Shown in pieces: positions 37,816 to 48,706 of a DNA stretch of 64,000 bases. The stretch is from Leptospiraceae bacterium. Its GTDB lineage: Bacteria; Spirochaetota; Leptospiria; Leptospirales; Leptonemataceae. Below the pieces are notes generated by a model that was not told the DNA's origin, did no database searches, and saw nothing but the letters and a program-made list of their open reading frames with translations. The stretch lies in contig JAVJNR010000008.1 in the NCBI GenBank assembly GCA_040217195.1, positions 1 to 64,000 on the forward strand, in the 5' to 3' direction. The position numbers and the translations under genes are program-made. Each line of letters starts with the position of its first letter. Position 1 is the stretch's first letter.

Positions 37816-38907
37816 ATGAAATTCAAAGATATTGCCAGAAGGGTTCGAAATCGAATTCAGCGGGCCGGACAGGGACTCACCGATAGGGGCAAAGAGGCCG
37901 GCCGATCTGTGCGCAGCATCATAGGTACCTTTAGCGATGAATATATAGAATCCGCTTTTCGAAAGGCCAGGGAAACTATTGCTCCAGATCGGGACTTTCT
38001 GCCTGCAGATTTCCAGCTTAGACAATCCTACTGGCCCAGGCGAATCTATGAAAGGATGGTACCGGTAAGTCATGTTTTTCGAATGGGGATGCGATATAAA
38101 CGGGAGCACCTCGAAGATTTCATGCCTATTTCGCCGGATCATTATATAGGCAGAGGTAGCTATAAATTTGTGTACAGTCTTCCCTGGAAGATGGTACTTA
38201 AGATTTCACGGCAGGTTTTACCATCAGATCCAATCTTTGGCTCCATGTTTCGAGAAGTGGATCAGAGACCGGAACAATTCCTGAGTCAGGAGGAGCTGGC
38301 TCTATATGATTTTCTAAGCGAAGGAAAGCGTAAAGGTAGCAGGGATAGACTCTGGTTTCAGTTTTTGCGGCTGGGAATGGAGAGATATCACTATGCCAAA
38401 GTTCGGGAAGCGCTGCCTGATCTGGTACTTCCTACCAAGTTCTTCATGGGTGTGCGATATCGGAAAAAGCCATTTGGAAAAGGGCATTACGAATCCATTC
38501 GGCCCATGGACAGTCAGATCATGCTTGTGGGCAAACATCTCAAAGAGTTTGCCAGCGCGGCGGTGCATTCCGAGCAAAACAAGTTAATGTCCAGGTTCTT
38601 CCCCAGATGGGATTTCGAATTCGATGTAGGAAGATTTGGTCGAGTAAAGAAAAAGGTACTCTTGAAGATTACCGAGGATTTTAGAAGGCTGATCGAATAT
38701 ACGGAAACCCTGGCCAGAGAAGAAAAGCTGATTCTGGACATTCATACAGAGAACTTGATTATTACCCTTCCAGAATTTGAGCTCAAAATATTTGATTTTC
38801 ATTTATTCGATGAGCATCTCTATGAGTCCACAGCCGGCCTGGCCAGCCCCGAGCAAGATCATGTAGCTGTGCTGGAGCGTTTTGTGGAATCTCTGGATCT
38901 ACAATGA
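37816..38907 (+). CDS. Hypothetical protein with protein-kinase-like motifs
   Basis: IGRGSYKFVY, VLKI, LDIHTENL and KIFDF appear in the canonical kinase order. Confidence 0.65.
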   Translation: MKFKDIARRVRNRIQRAGQGLTDRGKEAGRSVRSIIGTFSDEYIESAFRKARETIAPDRDFLPADFQLRQSYWPRRIYERMVPVSHVFRMGMRYKREHLEDFMPISPDHYIGRGSYKFVYSLPWKMVLKISRQVLPSDPIFGSMFREVDQRPEQFLSQEELALYDFLSEGKRKGSRDRLWFQFLRLGMERYHYAKVREALPDLVLPTKFFMGVRYRKKPFGKGHYESIRPMDSQIMLVGKHLKEFASAAVHSEQNKLMSRFFPRWDFEFDVGRFGRVKKKVLLKITEDFRRLIEYTETLAREEKLILDIHTENLIITLPEFELKIFDFHLFDEHLYESTAGLASPEQDHVAVLERFVESLDLQ

Positions 38908-39067
38908 AATAGGTCCACCCTGAAAATCGAATCCCTCGATTGAGTCCTCCAGTCTGAGGCAGTCGAATGCCTGGCGCTGCTTCCGCGAAATATCCGAATA
39001 GGGGACAGAGGGCCCATCTAAAGCAAAATCTGGATGCCTTCCTGAACAGCAGCGAAACGGTGGCGCC

Positions 39068-39736
39068 ATGACTGCATCCTCTAAATTCAAGGCAGTATTT
39101 TTCGATGTGGACGGTACTATTTTTTCCAGCGAAGGGATTATCCAGCAAGTGTACCATGACAATTTCCTGGCTTTCCAGAATAGAACCGGAAAACCTGAGA
39201 GATTGCCAACCCTGGACGAAATCATGGCTCAGATAGGCAAGCCTGTGCGCACCATCTTTGACAATCTTGTACCGGAACTCAATTTTCAGGAAAAGGAAGA
39301 TCTAAGTAATTCAATACTTCAGGATCTTGTGCAAAGAATTGAAAATGGAAAAGGCCATTACTATGAGGGGATTTCCCGGGCCGTGGAAGACCTGGCTGCC
39401 GCGGGACTGAAAATCTTTGCAGCTTCCAATGGCCGAAAGCCCTATGTAGATGCGATCCTAAAAGCCAGTAGAATTGACTCTCTATTTACTGAAGTGCCGG
39501 TACTCGACTATCAGGAAATTCATACAAAGGTAGAGCTGGTTTCAAAAACCATGGAGAAGCATGGACTACTGCCTGCTGAATGTGTATTGATTGGGGACCG
39601 GGAGTCCGATCGTCAGGCCGCCCTCCAGAATGGAGTGGCTTACGTTGCCTGCGCCTATGGCCACGGAAACTCCGAGGAACACAGGGATGCGATTCGAATC
39701 ATTAAAACTCCCTCTGAGTTATCCTTTCTTATCTGA
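39068..39736 (+). CDS. HAD-family hydrolase
   Basis: FDVDGT, ASNG, K and IGDRESD motifs. Confidence 0.92.
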   Translation: MTASSKFKAVFFDVDGTIFSSEGIIQQVYHDNFLAFQNRTGKPERLPTLDEIMAQIGKPVRTIFDNLVPELNFQEKEDLSNSILQDLVQRIENGKGHYYEGISRAVEDLAAAGLKIFAASNGRKPYVDAILKASRIDSLFTEVPVLDYQEIHTKVELVSKTMEKHGLLPAECVLIGDRESDRQAALQNGVAYVACAYGHGNSEEHRDAIRIIKTPSELSFLI

Positions 39737-39935
39737 GCCTGCTGATTGAGCAGCCTGCGCTGAATATTCGCACTTTCTCGATTCTGATTGCCACCATAGA
39801 CGAAAAAAACAATGCACTGACGCGGCATGTCCCGAGTGTATTTTCTTGAGCGATAAAGCGAATCGCTATCAGTATGGTTAATAGTTTCAGTGAGGTTTTC
39901 CCGTCGGGTCAGAGCCATCTGCAGTTTATAGTATT

Positions 39936-42275
39936 CTACACGGAGCCTGTCAGCAATTTTCCTGGAAATTGCCTGGCGTATTGTTCAAAGTCTTGAGCCG
40001 GAAGGGGGCGCGAGAACAGGAATCCCTGCCAGCCGGTTACCGGAGTGAGGCCTCTGATTTGTTCCAGGCTCGCTTGATCCTCCACACCTTCTACAATTAC
40101 ATCCAGGTTCAGTTGCTGTGCTATTAGACCCATGGCCTCAATGACGGCTCTTGAATTTGAGCCAGCAGTAAGCTTTTGTACAAAGACCCGATCGATCTTG
40201 ATTGAATCTACGGGAAATTTGTCCAGGTAGGAGAGTGAGGAGAAGCCTGTGCCAAAATCATCGAAAGCGATAGAGATGCCAGCCTTTCGCAGCTGTTCCA
40301 GGTTGCTTCTAATCACAGGATGATCCATAGCAAGAATAGATTCAGTGATTTCAATTTTCAAGTTTATTGTATCGCATCCGTGGTTTTCCCAGATATCGAT
40401 GGCTCGCATGGCAAAATCTGGATCGGTGAGTTGTCTCACTGATGTATTCACCGAATATAATGCCAGATCCATGTCTGCCCATGCTCGAGCCTGGCGGGCA
40501 ACCTGTTCCAGCATCGTATATCCCAGGTCCAAAATTAAGTCGGTCCTTTCTGCCACTGCAATAAAGGTTTCTGGACCCATAATCTGACCATGGTTATTCC
40601 ATCGAATTAGTGCTTCGCTTCCCAGAAGGCTATTTAAATCGTTGGCAATGATGGGCTGAAAATGGGCAAAGAACTCTCCGGCCTGGAATGCACTCTTGAT
40701 TTGCTGGTGAAGTCTGTAGCCTGAGCCTTCTGTAGAATTAACAGCAGCTCTGGCAATTGAGTATGCATTATCGCTTCGTCTAAGATCCTGCAGGGTGGAT
40801 GCGGCCAGCAAAAAGAAATCAGACAATGGATCAGGATCCTCTAGATTTAAAAGGTGCACCGGAACAGCCACGATCAAAGCTTCCACAGACAATGAATCCG
40901 GTCCCAGTGCCACCGGATCTCTAAGTTTTCCGGATATATCTTCCAGCAGGTCAGACAAACTGCGATTATCCCTTTTCTTGTTATCCAGTAGAATGGCGAA
41001 GCTGTTATCATCCCACCGAGCCACAACACGATCCCGGCCCAGAAGTCCTTCCACTCTTCTTGAAATGATGCGAATCACAGACTCGGCCATTTCGTAGCCT
41101 TCGTTTTCCAGGATTTCCTGCAGGTTTTCCAGAGAAATCAAAACAATGCATCCGCTTGCATACCTTTCCTTTGATCCCTGGAATGTCTGTCTCAAGCCCT
41201 GACGATTCAAAAGCTCAGTTACAGGATCCGTCATTGTGATCTGACGTAGTAACTCCTCTGCCTGATTTCTAAGATCCACTTCTCGTTTGAGGCTCTTATT
41301 GGCTTCCTGTAATTCAGCTGTCCTTGCCTGGATAATGTCCTCCAGGTGATTGTTCATAGCCTCAATGGCATTAAAAGCAGTCTTTTGACCCTTTCGCTGA
41401 AGTGCGATGACCCATGCACTGAGAACAACCAGAATCAGGTACCCCTGAATCGACAAAGCAGTGGTAAACGAATCAGAAGATACAAACGGACCGGCACCCA
41501 TCAACGTAGCAACACTTACGGAAATGCTGTGCAGTATCAATCCAAGCAGAACCCATATGAGTGCGAAGCTGGAGGCAAGGTAGAGTACTGCCGGCACAGC
41601 CAGCAACAGTGAAAGTCGAGTTAGTTCCTGGTTTCCCACAACAAAGAACCAGAGTAGCACCGGCAACAGTACCGCAGTCAAAGCGGTGAGGTAGTGCGGG
41701 ATTCTGGACTTAACTACTACATACTCCTGTCCGGTAATCATGTAGGTAACAAACATCCCTACCAGAAGGACGGATGCTGCCGAACCAATACAGTCTGCAA
41801 TTAGTCGATAGCCCCAGAACAACTCATTGAGTTCGCTGCGGAAGAAGTAATATAGAGGAGCGCTGGTAATAAGATAAAGCACCAGAACAATTGCGAATAG
41901 CCTGCCTAGCTGGGCTGGAGAATCAATAATGCTATTCTTTCGATCTCTGTGAAACAATAGAGCTGCAACAACGTTAGGGACCGCAGCACTTAAAGTCATT
42001 CCCAGGGACCCCAGGGCAAGGTTTACATCGCCCATTTCCGGTGCCCAGATCCATGTACGAACATACAGTGCAAGGCAGTAGAAAATGACTGCATAGTATT
42101 TCGATCTGGCTGTGAGGGCAAAGATGGTTCCCCCGATGAGTGAAAAGATCAAAGGCTGTTCGGTACCGTAGGCTACAGAGGCATAGGTACCCTCGATAGT
42201 AACGACGGTTAGAAGGGTCAGTGCTAGCCAGCCCTTGACCGAATTGAGATTGGCAATACTCTTAAATGGGCCCAC
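39936..42275 (-). CDS. Membrane (MASE1-like) sensor with degenerate GGDEF and intact EAL domain
   Basis: About 9 TM helices; DPVTELLNR; RWDDNSF in place of GGDEF; SEALIRW, EITE, DDFGTGFSS, IKID and EGVE motifs. Confidence 0.88.
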   Translation of the reverse strand: MGPFKSIANLNSVKGWLALTLLTVVTIEGTYASVAYGTEQPLIFSLIGGTIFALTARSKYYAVIFYCLALYVRTWIWAPEMGDVNLALGSLGMTLSAAVPNVVAALLFHRDRKNSIIDSPAQLGRLFAIVLVLYLITSAPLYYFFRSELNELFWGYRLIADCIGSAASVLLVGMFVTYMITGQEYVVVKSRIPHYLTALTAVLLPVLLWFFVVGNQELTRLSLLLAVPAVLYLASSFALIWVLLGLILHSISVSVATLMGAGPFVSSDSFTTALSIQGYLILVVLSAWVIALQRKGQKTAFNAIEAMNNHLEDIIQARTAELQEANKSLKREVDLRNQAEELLRQITMTDPVTELLNRQGLRQTFQGSKERYASGCIVLISLENLQEILENEGYEMAESVIRIISRRVEGLLGRDRVVARWDDNSFAILLDNKKRDNRSLSDLLEDISGKLRDPVALGPDSLSVEALIVAVPVHLLNLEDPDPLSDFFLLAASTLQDLRRSDNAYSIARAAVNSTEGSGYRLHQQIKSAFQAGEFFAHFQPIIANDLNSLLGSEALIRWNNHGQIMGPETFIAVAERTDLILDLGYTMLEQVARQARAWADMDLALYSVNTSVRQLTDPDFAMRAIDIWENHGCDTINLKIEITESILAMDHPVIRSNLEQLRKAGISIAFDDFGTGFSSLSYLDKFPVDSIKIDRVFVQKLTAGSNSRAVIEAMGLIAQQLNLDVIVEGVEDQASLEQIRGLTPVTGWQGFLFSRPLPAQDFEQYARQFPGKLLTGSV

Positions 42276-42421
42276 AATCCGCCTGCCTGCCCGATGTCAG
42301 CACAGGCCGTCTGTAAAATCGAGTGTTTTTCTATAAATATATTGCCTGCTTTGAAACCGCTCAAGCCGACTCTACCGACTGTCCGTGGGAAGGCGCACTC
42401 GGGGGAAAGGGTTGACCGTAG

Positions 42422-43441
<1,020 letters not shown>

Positions 43442-43510
43442 ATACACATTTCAATTCAGTCAGCAGCGCTGGCTGCAGTATTCAGACACAGATTGGGAAT
43501 ACTGGATAGG

Positions 43511-43537
43511 AGCCTCCCGGAAGGGGGGCTTTCTATT
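43511..43537 (+). terminator. Terminator of mdh
   Basis: AGCCTCCC-GGAA-GGGGGGCT followed by TTCTATT. Confidence 0.65.
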
Positions 43538-43632
43538 TACTACCGATTCAGTCGGCTGTCTCCGAGTTCGGCAAATGCAGCGATTCAGCCAAAGCCGGTA
43601 AATCATCAAATTCCACGTCCTGGAAAGGGAAC

Positions 43633-43658
43633 AAAAAAGGCCTCCCTGAGGAGACCTT
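43633..43658 (-). terminator. Terminator of the DsbA-like gene
   Basis: Minus strand AAGGTCTCC-TCAG-GGAGGCCTT plus TTTT. Confidence 0.7.
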
Positions 43659-43707
43659 CTTTGAGGGGCGCAATGCCCCTCAATACTCGTATTGAATATA
43701 GATGGAA

Positions 43708-44607
43708 TTAGTTTAACTTTTCTGCCACTGCCTTTTCGAATTGTTCAGGAGTTAGATTCGTTAACGCTTCTCCATCCAGGTAGAAACTTGGCGTTCCTCG
43801 AACTCCGGCTTTTTCGCCTTGCTCGATATCTGCCAGCACTTCCTGTCGCATGGCTGGATCCGTCATACATTCATCGAATTTTCCCTGATCTACACCCAGG
43901 GAAAGAGCCAGCTCTCTGGCACCGCCATCTTTTCTAGTCTGTTCCAGCTGACTTTCATCGAACATTGTGTCGAAGAATTGCCAGAATTTGTCTGGTTCAA
44001 TTTTCTTAACACAGTTTGCTGCAATGTGTCTGTTCATTGCATCTGGATGAATCTGGTTTAAAGGAAAATCTTTGAAAACCCATTTGATTTTGTCACCGTA
44101 CTTCTCACGAATCTTTTGAGCGGTTGGCTGAATTCGGATGCAATAGGGACAATCGAAATCGGAGAATTCAACAACGGTTACCTGGGCTTCTGGATTACCT
44201 CGCACAGGATCGTCTTCCACTGCAATTTCTACCGCAGGAAGCTTGGGCAGGTTGGGATTCACTTCCAGTCCATAGTCTTCGGCCATCTTACGAATCTTTT
44301 GATTCATGGCACCACGGGATGGATTCTCGGAGAATAGCTGAGCCATGAATTCATCGGAAGACTTGCCTGCTTTTTCAGCTTCCATGGCTATCATCTTTTC
44401 GTATACATGATTCTGAAGTGCCTGAGCGACGCGTTCATTGTGCTGTCGAATTAGCTCAATGCGAGTTCTCTCATCAAGGTTATCGATGGTATACGTTTTT
44501 CCATCCAGAGTCGCTTCCGCTCCTGGTGGTCCGCAAAATGGAAATAGTGCAGAGATACTGATTACTGTCAGTGCGATGAAAGGCTTTCGCCAGTTAATTT
44601 GTGTCAT
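43708..44607 (-). CDS. DsbA/Com1-like thioredoxin-fold protein
   Basis: EFSDFDCPYC, FPL and GVRGTP motifs; N-terminal signal ending PFC. Confidence 0.9.
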   Translation of the reverse strand: MTQINWRKPFIALTVISISALFPFCGPPGAEATLDGKTYTIDNLDERTRIELIRQHNERVAQALQNHVYEKMIAMEAEKAGKSSDEFMAQLFSENPSRGAMNQKIRKMAEDYGLEVNPNLPKLPAVEIAVEDDPVRGNPEAQVTVVEFSDFDCPYCIRIQPTAQKIREKYGDKIKWVFKDFPLNQIHPDAMNRHIAANCVKKIEPDKFWQFFDTMFDESQLEQTRKDGGARELALSLGVDQGKFDECMTDPAMRQEVLADIEQGEKAGVRGTPSFYLDGEALTNLTPEQFEKAVAEKLN

Positions 44608-45547
44608 TGTTTACCTCATTTTCAGGAGCCTGGTTTCGAATGGTTCCAGCGCCGTTATAATCTACTTCGCAGATACGGCTCTGATAACCGAAGGAGGATG
44701 CTCTGCTGATGATTCGATCCAGCGGCTCCTTTGATACATCATCCTTCTCAAAAAAAATAGCAATTCCCGGACCTGATCCAGAAAGACAACAGCCCAGACA
44801 ACCCTGTTCCAGGCTGAGATCCCTCAGTTCTGTGAATCCTTCTACAGCATGCACTCTATAGGGCTCATGTAGCCGATCCCCCTGAAGTGCCATTCTAAGG
44901 CTGTCTTTATTCCCCCGATCAATATAATCAAACCAGGCAGCAAGGCCACGCATGTTCGAAATGCAATCCTCTGCGGTGTAATGATCGGGCAGATGGCCCC
45001 GGCTTTCCCTGGTGGACATCTGCTTTTCCGGAATCAAAATCATCATACGAAAGGTAGCTGGCAGGGTTCTTTTTAAATACTTTCCTTCTGGCAGAGAACA
45101 GATCCATCCGCCTACCCGGGCGGGCACAACATTGTCCGGATGTCCTTCCATTTCGCAGAGCAGGGATATTTGTTTTTCCAGAGGCCAGGCATTCTTACCC
45201 AGCTCATTCAATCTTTCATTGGCAGCCAGTATTCCTGCCACAAGGGCCATGGCCGAGGAACCGAATCCGCGGCCAGGTAATAAATCTGCCCGGATAGATG
45301 CATTCCAGGGCAGCACAGAAACACTGGATTCCTGGAGAACTCGATTGTAAGACCTGGCAATAAGGTTCTTTTCCGGTGGAATGGGAAGTAATTCACCGGA
45401 GTCATCCGTGAGTTTATAGGTCCCTTCTTTGTGGAACTGGAAATTAATATCAGTGCCCAGAGAAAGAGCTATTCCCAGAATATCAAACCCCGGCCCCAGA
45501 TTGGCCGTAGTGGCCGGAACATGAATCTGCAAACTTGAGAGAGACAA
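44594..45547 (-). CDS. thrB: Homoserine kinase
   Basis: PATTANLGPGFD, PGRGFGSSA, EGHPDN and LSGSGP motifs. Confidence 0.95.
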   Translation of the reverse strand: MSLSSLQIHVPATTANLGPGFDILGIALSLGTDINFQFHKEGTYKLTDDSGELLPIPPEKNLIARSYNRVLQESSVSVLPWNASIRADLLPGRGFGSSAMALVAGILAANERLNELGKNAWPLEKQISLLCEMEGHPDNVVPARVGGWICSLPEGKYLKRTLPATFRMMILIPEKQMSTRESRGHLPDHYTAEDCISNMRGLAAWFDYIDRGNKDSLRMALQGDRLHEPYRVHAVEGFTELRDLSLEQGCLGCCLSGSGPGIAIFFEKDDVSKEPLDRIISRASSFGYQSRICEVDYNGAGTIRNQAPENEVNNDTN

Positions 45548-45553
45548 GATCTG

Positions 45554-45871
45554 TCAATCCATCAGACAGCTTCCGGTGAATCGGGAGCCGGATTCCACTT
45601 CCAGATCCGGCGAACGCACATCCCCTTTGAGCTGGCAATTCTTGCGCAGGCTTACCTTTCTTGTGGCCACCACATTTCCGGTGAGATCGCCTTCCAGTAC
45701 CAGCACGCCGGCCTGTACATCCGCTTCTACGCGGGCCCGGGATCCAATGGATAGATCGCCTCCCGTATGGATGGTCCCTTTGAACTGGCCATTCACTCTC
45801 AATTTTTGATCAAATTCCAGCTTACCCCGGAATTTGATATCTTCACCCAGTACGGTTTCCTGTTCCTGCAT
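45554..45871 (-). CDS. Bactofilin (polymer-forming cytoskeletal protein)
   Basis: TVLG.DI.F.G.L...V.G...G beta-helix repeats ending F.G.C.M. Confidence 0.88.
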   Translation of the reverse strand: MQEQETVLGEDIKFRGKLEFDQKLRVNGQFKGTIHTGGDLSIGSRARVEADVQAGVLVLEGDLTGNVVATRKVSLRKNCQLKGDVRSPDLEVESGSRFTGSCLMD

Positions 45872-45964
45872 ATCTGAATGCCAGATCCTTCATCCATCCG
45901 GTCAGTCAAGATTTATTGGAGAAAAAACGCTGCATATGACCCGGAAAATGCCGTATAGATCAGT

Positions 45965-46708
45965 ATGAGCGACCTGGATATGTCAGCCATGCGCAGGCTC
46001 TGGAAAGCGGGCCCTTCGCGTCTGGAAGGATACTCAAAGCATTATTTTACAGAAACTGCAGAAGGCGATGAACTGGAATTGGATTACCATTTTGCCCGGG
46101 AAATGGTGAAAATTACACTTACCATGGCCAGCGAGCGTGGGCGGCAGTACGTAGCGGTGATCAAGAAAGGTGTGATTCTGCAGGAAAGGGATTTTTCAGG
46201 CAATCGAGATGCTGACCTGAGCTCTCGAATAGCCAGATTCAAGGAATGGTTCGATTACTTTCCGGATAACCATGTTCTTTCCAGTATGGGAGGAGTTTAT
46301 GGTCTTCCTCTGAAATCCAAATTGCATCAGGACCTGGTCCGGGAAAGCCGAGCCTGGGAAAATCTGAAACCCCTTCGTCTGGTGGATGAATTCCGGCGCT
46401 ATATGGATCGAAAGCGCCGCAGAGAGGATCGTGTCACTGGGATACTACCAAGGCTTTTGCGAAGGCTGCCTTCGGAGGCACTGGACATTGCGGTCGGACT
46501 GACTATGTTTGCTGCTTTTCTCATGGGTAAACTGGGGCCGGGGGAATTTGCCTTTCTGGGAGGGGCTTATGGCCTGGCAGCCGGAGGCCTGGACTGGTTA
46601 TGGCGACAGAGGGAGCCCTTCATTCCCAAAATACTATTCTTTCATGGTCTGGCGGCATGGACGGTATGGCATGAAATGCAAATGAGACTTTGGGGGATTT
46701 TTCTCTGA
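45965..46708 (+). CDS. Hypothetical protein with C-terminal TM helices
   Basis: 247-aa ORF; soluble N-domain and about 3 hydrophobic segments. Confidence 0.65.
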   Translation: MSDLDMSAMRRLWKAGPSRLEGYSKHYFTETAEGDELELDYHFAREMVKITLTMASERGRQYVAVIKKGVILQERDFSGNRDADLSSRIARFKEWFDYFPDNHVLSSMGGVYGLPLKSKLHQDLVRESRAWENLKPLRLVDEFRRYMDRKRRREDRVTGILPRLLRRLPSEALDIAVGLTMFAAFLMGKLGPGEFAFLGGAYGLAAGGLDWLWRQREPFIPKILFFHGLAAWTVWHEMQMRLWGIFL

Positions 46709-46748
46709 TCGGGCTTGCTTTCTTATTCGGCTCATCTAATTTTGAATC

Positions 46749-47240
46749 ATGCAGGGACCTGCCACAGGAATGAAGCGGAGCATCTCCGAAGTAGAACAGA
46801 AGTACATAGTCTTCTCACTGGGAGATGAAGAGTATGGACTACCGGTACTGCAGGTTCATGAAATCGTTCGTCTAACCGAGCTTATCAAGGTACCCCATTC
46901 CCGGGAATATTTCATGGGACTAATGGATATCCGGGGAAGGGTGTTGCCGGTTATTAATCTTAAAAGAAAGCTTGGTATCCATCTGGACGAAGAAGAATCC
47001 GCACTGGACCGGGCCATCATTCTGGAAACCGGAGGAAGGCGCGTAGGACTATCCGTAGACAAAGTATCTCATGTGGTTCGCTTTGCCTCGGAGGAAATTG
47101 ATAGTGGTCCACCTACAGTTAAGACGGTGAGCACGCGTTTCATAACCGGAGTTGGGAAGCATAAAGATCGGTTCGTAGTTCTTATGAACCTGGAACATCT
47201 ATTCTCAGACGAAGAATTGCAGGAACTTTTTCAACATTAG
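46749..47240 (+). CDS. cheW: Chemotaxis coupling protein CheW
   Basis: YIVF.LG.EEYG, V.EI, VP....GL..IRGRVLPVINL and GL.VD motifs. Confidence 0.93.
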   Translation: MQGPATGMKRSISEVEQKYIVFSLGDEEYGLPVLQVHEIVRLTELIKVPHSREYFMGLMDIRGRVLPVINLKRKLGIHLDEEESALDRAIILETGGRRVGLSVDKVSHVVRFASEEIDSGPPTVKTVSTRFITGVGKHKDRFVVLMNLEHLFSDEELQELFQH

Positions 47241-47253
47241 ATTTCTATTTCGC

Positions 47254-47282
47254 TTGACCGCCAGGCCCACTCCAAACATTGT
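47254..47282 (+). promoter_or_regulatory. Putative promoter of tRNA-Lys/Glu
   Basis: TTGACC-N17-CATTGT, 10 nt before tRNA-Lys. Confidence 0.5.
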
Positions 47283-47292
47283 GCCTGCGGTA

Positions 47293-47365
47293 GAGACGAT
47301 AGCTCAGTTGGTAGAGCATCTCCCTTTTAAGGAGAGGGTCCTGGGTTCGAGCCCCAGTCGTCTCA
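47293..47365 (+). tRNA. tRNA-Lys (TTT)
   Basis: TCTCC-CTTTTAA-GGAGA anticodon arm; GAGACGA/TCGTCTC acceptor stem. Confidence 0.95.
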
Positions 47366-47383
47366 GATCCGGCAACGGAAAAC

Positions 47384-47455
47384 GTCCCGTTCGTCTAGCG
47401 GTTAGGACTCTGGATTTTCATTCCAGCAACAGGGGTTCGATTCCCCTACGGGATG
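47384..47455 (+). tRNA. tRNA-Glu (TTC)
   Basis: CTGGA-TTTTCAT-TCCAG anticodon arm; GGTTCGATTCC T-arm. Confidence 0.95.
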
Positions 47456-47535
47456 CATACAAAGAGTTGAGCCCGACAGAGAAACATGCTTCGCAATCTC
47501 TCTGAGAAGCAACTCAACGGTATCATAAAAATCTC

Positions 47536-47562
47536 AGGCCATCCAATTGGATGGCCTTTTTG
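47536..47562 (+). terminator. Terminator after the tRNA pair
   Basis: Perfect palindrome AGGCCATCCAATTGGATGGCCT plus T run. Confidence 0.8.
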
Positions 47563-47654
47563 CTTTTCAGCCAGGCTTCAGATTATCCCGGTTTGTATTA
47601 CTGCCGGATTTGCCACGTCTCTCCGGGCCGGCCCGGAAGGACCGGTGCGGATTG

Positions 47655-48584
47655 TTAGATAGATTCGCGGAAGCTGCGGTAGTTTTGAATCACACCGTCT
47701 GGATCTTCTGTCTGCGGGTAATGGCCAATGCCTTCCAGATAGACCACGTCTGCGTCTGTAACCAGTTCCCTGTAGCGTTCCGCAAGGTGCCGGCCTGATA
47801 CCGGATCCTCCGGACCATCGATTAATCGCATGGGTACATCGCTTTCCAGAAGAGGGTTTACCCATCGATCAAAGAATTGCTTTCTCTCTCGCATATAACG
47901 AATGAGCTTATGGTAGATGCGCACGCCATTGTTATGCTCGATTAGCTCCCAGAAGGTCTGCAATTCTTCGGCGGAAGGACGCGTATCTTTACCAAATACC
48001 TCGGCGAAGCTCTTTTCAAACTTTTTCTGATTAATGAAACGCGAAATGATGAAACCCAGGGGACTGTTCAATAACTTTTGAATAGTTCTTGGGCGATGCG
48101 TGTCTGGAATGAGGCCACCATTTAAGAAGCAAATGGAATTTAGTCTGGACTGAGAATCCGAATTCGTCCAACTTCTTGTTTCCAGAATGGATGAATCCTT
48201 TCCAGGCTCCTTTCGATGCTTTCTGGCCTCATGCCTGGCCAGTAATTCCTGGGCGACTGTATCGCCATAATCGTGTGCCAGAATATGATAATCCCGGATG
48301 TTTAATTTCTCAAGTAATCCTTCCACCAGGCTGGCCTGATCGATTAAAGAATAATGGTATTTGCCAGGTTTATCGGAATACCCAAACCCAATGAAATCTG
48401 GAGCGATCTTTCTATACTGCGGAAAACCGTGCCATACATAGGACCAGTCATAGGATGAAGTAGGAAAACCATGGAGTAATACAAGAGCAGGGCCCTGACC
48501 TTCATCCACGTAGAATATGTTTTGATCTCTGTAATTGAAATACTGTCCTTTGCCTTTCCAGGTATTTACAGATATAGGGCTCAT
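47655..48584 (-). CDS. Alpha/beta hydrolase (epoxide hydrolase/MEST-like)
   Basis: HGFPT, GFGYSDKP, AHDYG, DPVSG and IGHYPQ motifs. Confidence 0.9.
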   Translation of the reverse strand: MSPISVNTWKGKGQYFNYRDQNIFYVDEGQGPALVLLHGFPTSSYDWSYVWHGFPQYRKIAPDFIGFGYSDKPGKYHYSLIDQASLVEGLLEKLNIRDYHILAHDYGDTVAQELLARHEARKHRKEPGKDSSILETRSWTNSDSQSRLNSICFLNGGLIPDTHRPRTIQKLLNSPLGFIISRFINQKKFEKSFAEVFGKDTRPSAEELQTFWELIEHNNGVRIYHKLIRYMRERKQFFDRWVNPLLESDVPMRLIDGPEDPVSGRHLAERYRELVTDADVVYLEGIGHYPQTEDPDGVIQNYRSFRESI

Positions 48585-48706
48585 GTACCGATTCAGGGAA
48601 ATCTTACAGGTACGGGCAAGCAAAAACACCGCAATATCCGCAAGGTTATGGCGGGCGACCGTCCTGATCTGAAGGAAGAATCCATCGATTGTGTCCGGGA
48701 CACCTG

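Noticed and set aside
37648..38142. 164-aa minus-strand ORF
   Set aside because: It overlaps tRNA-Cys and lies antisense to the kinase-like gene.
47254..47505. 83-aa ORF
   Set aside because: It spans tRNA-Lys and tRNA-Glu.
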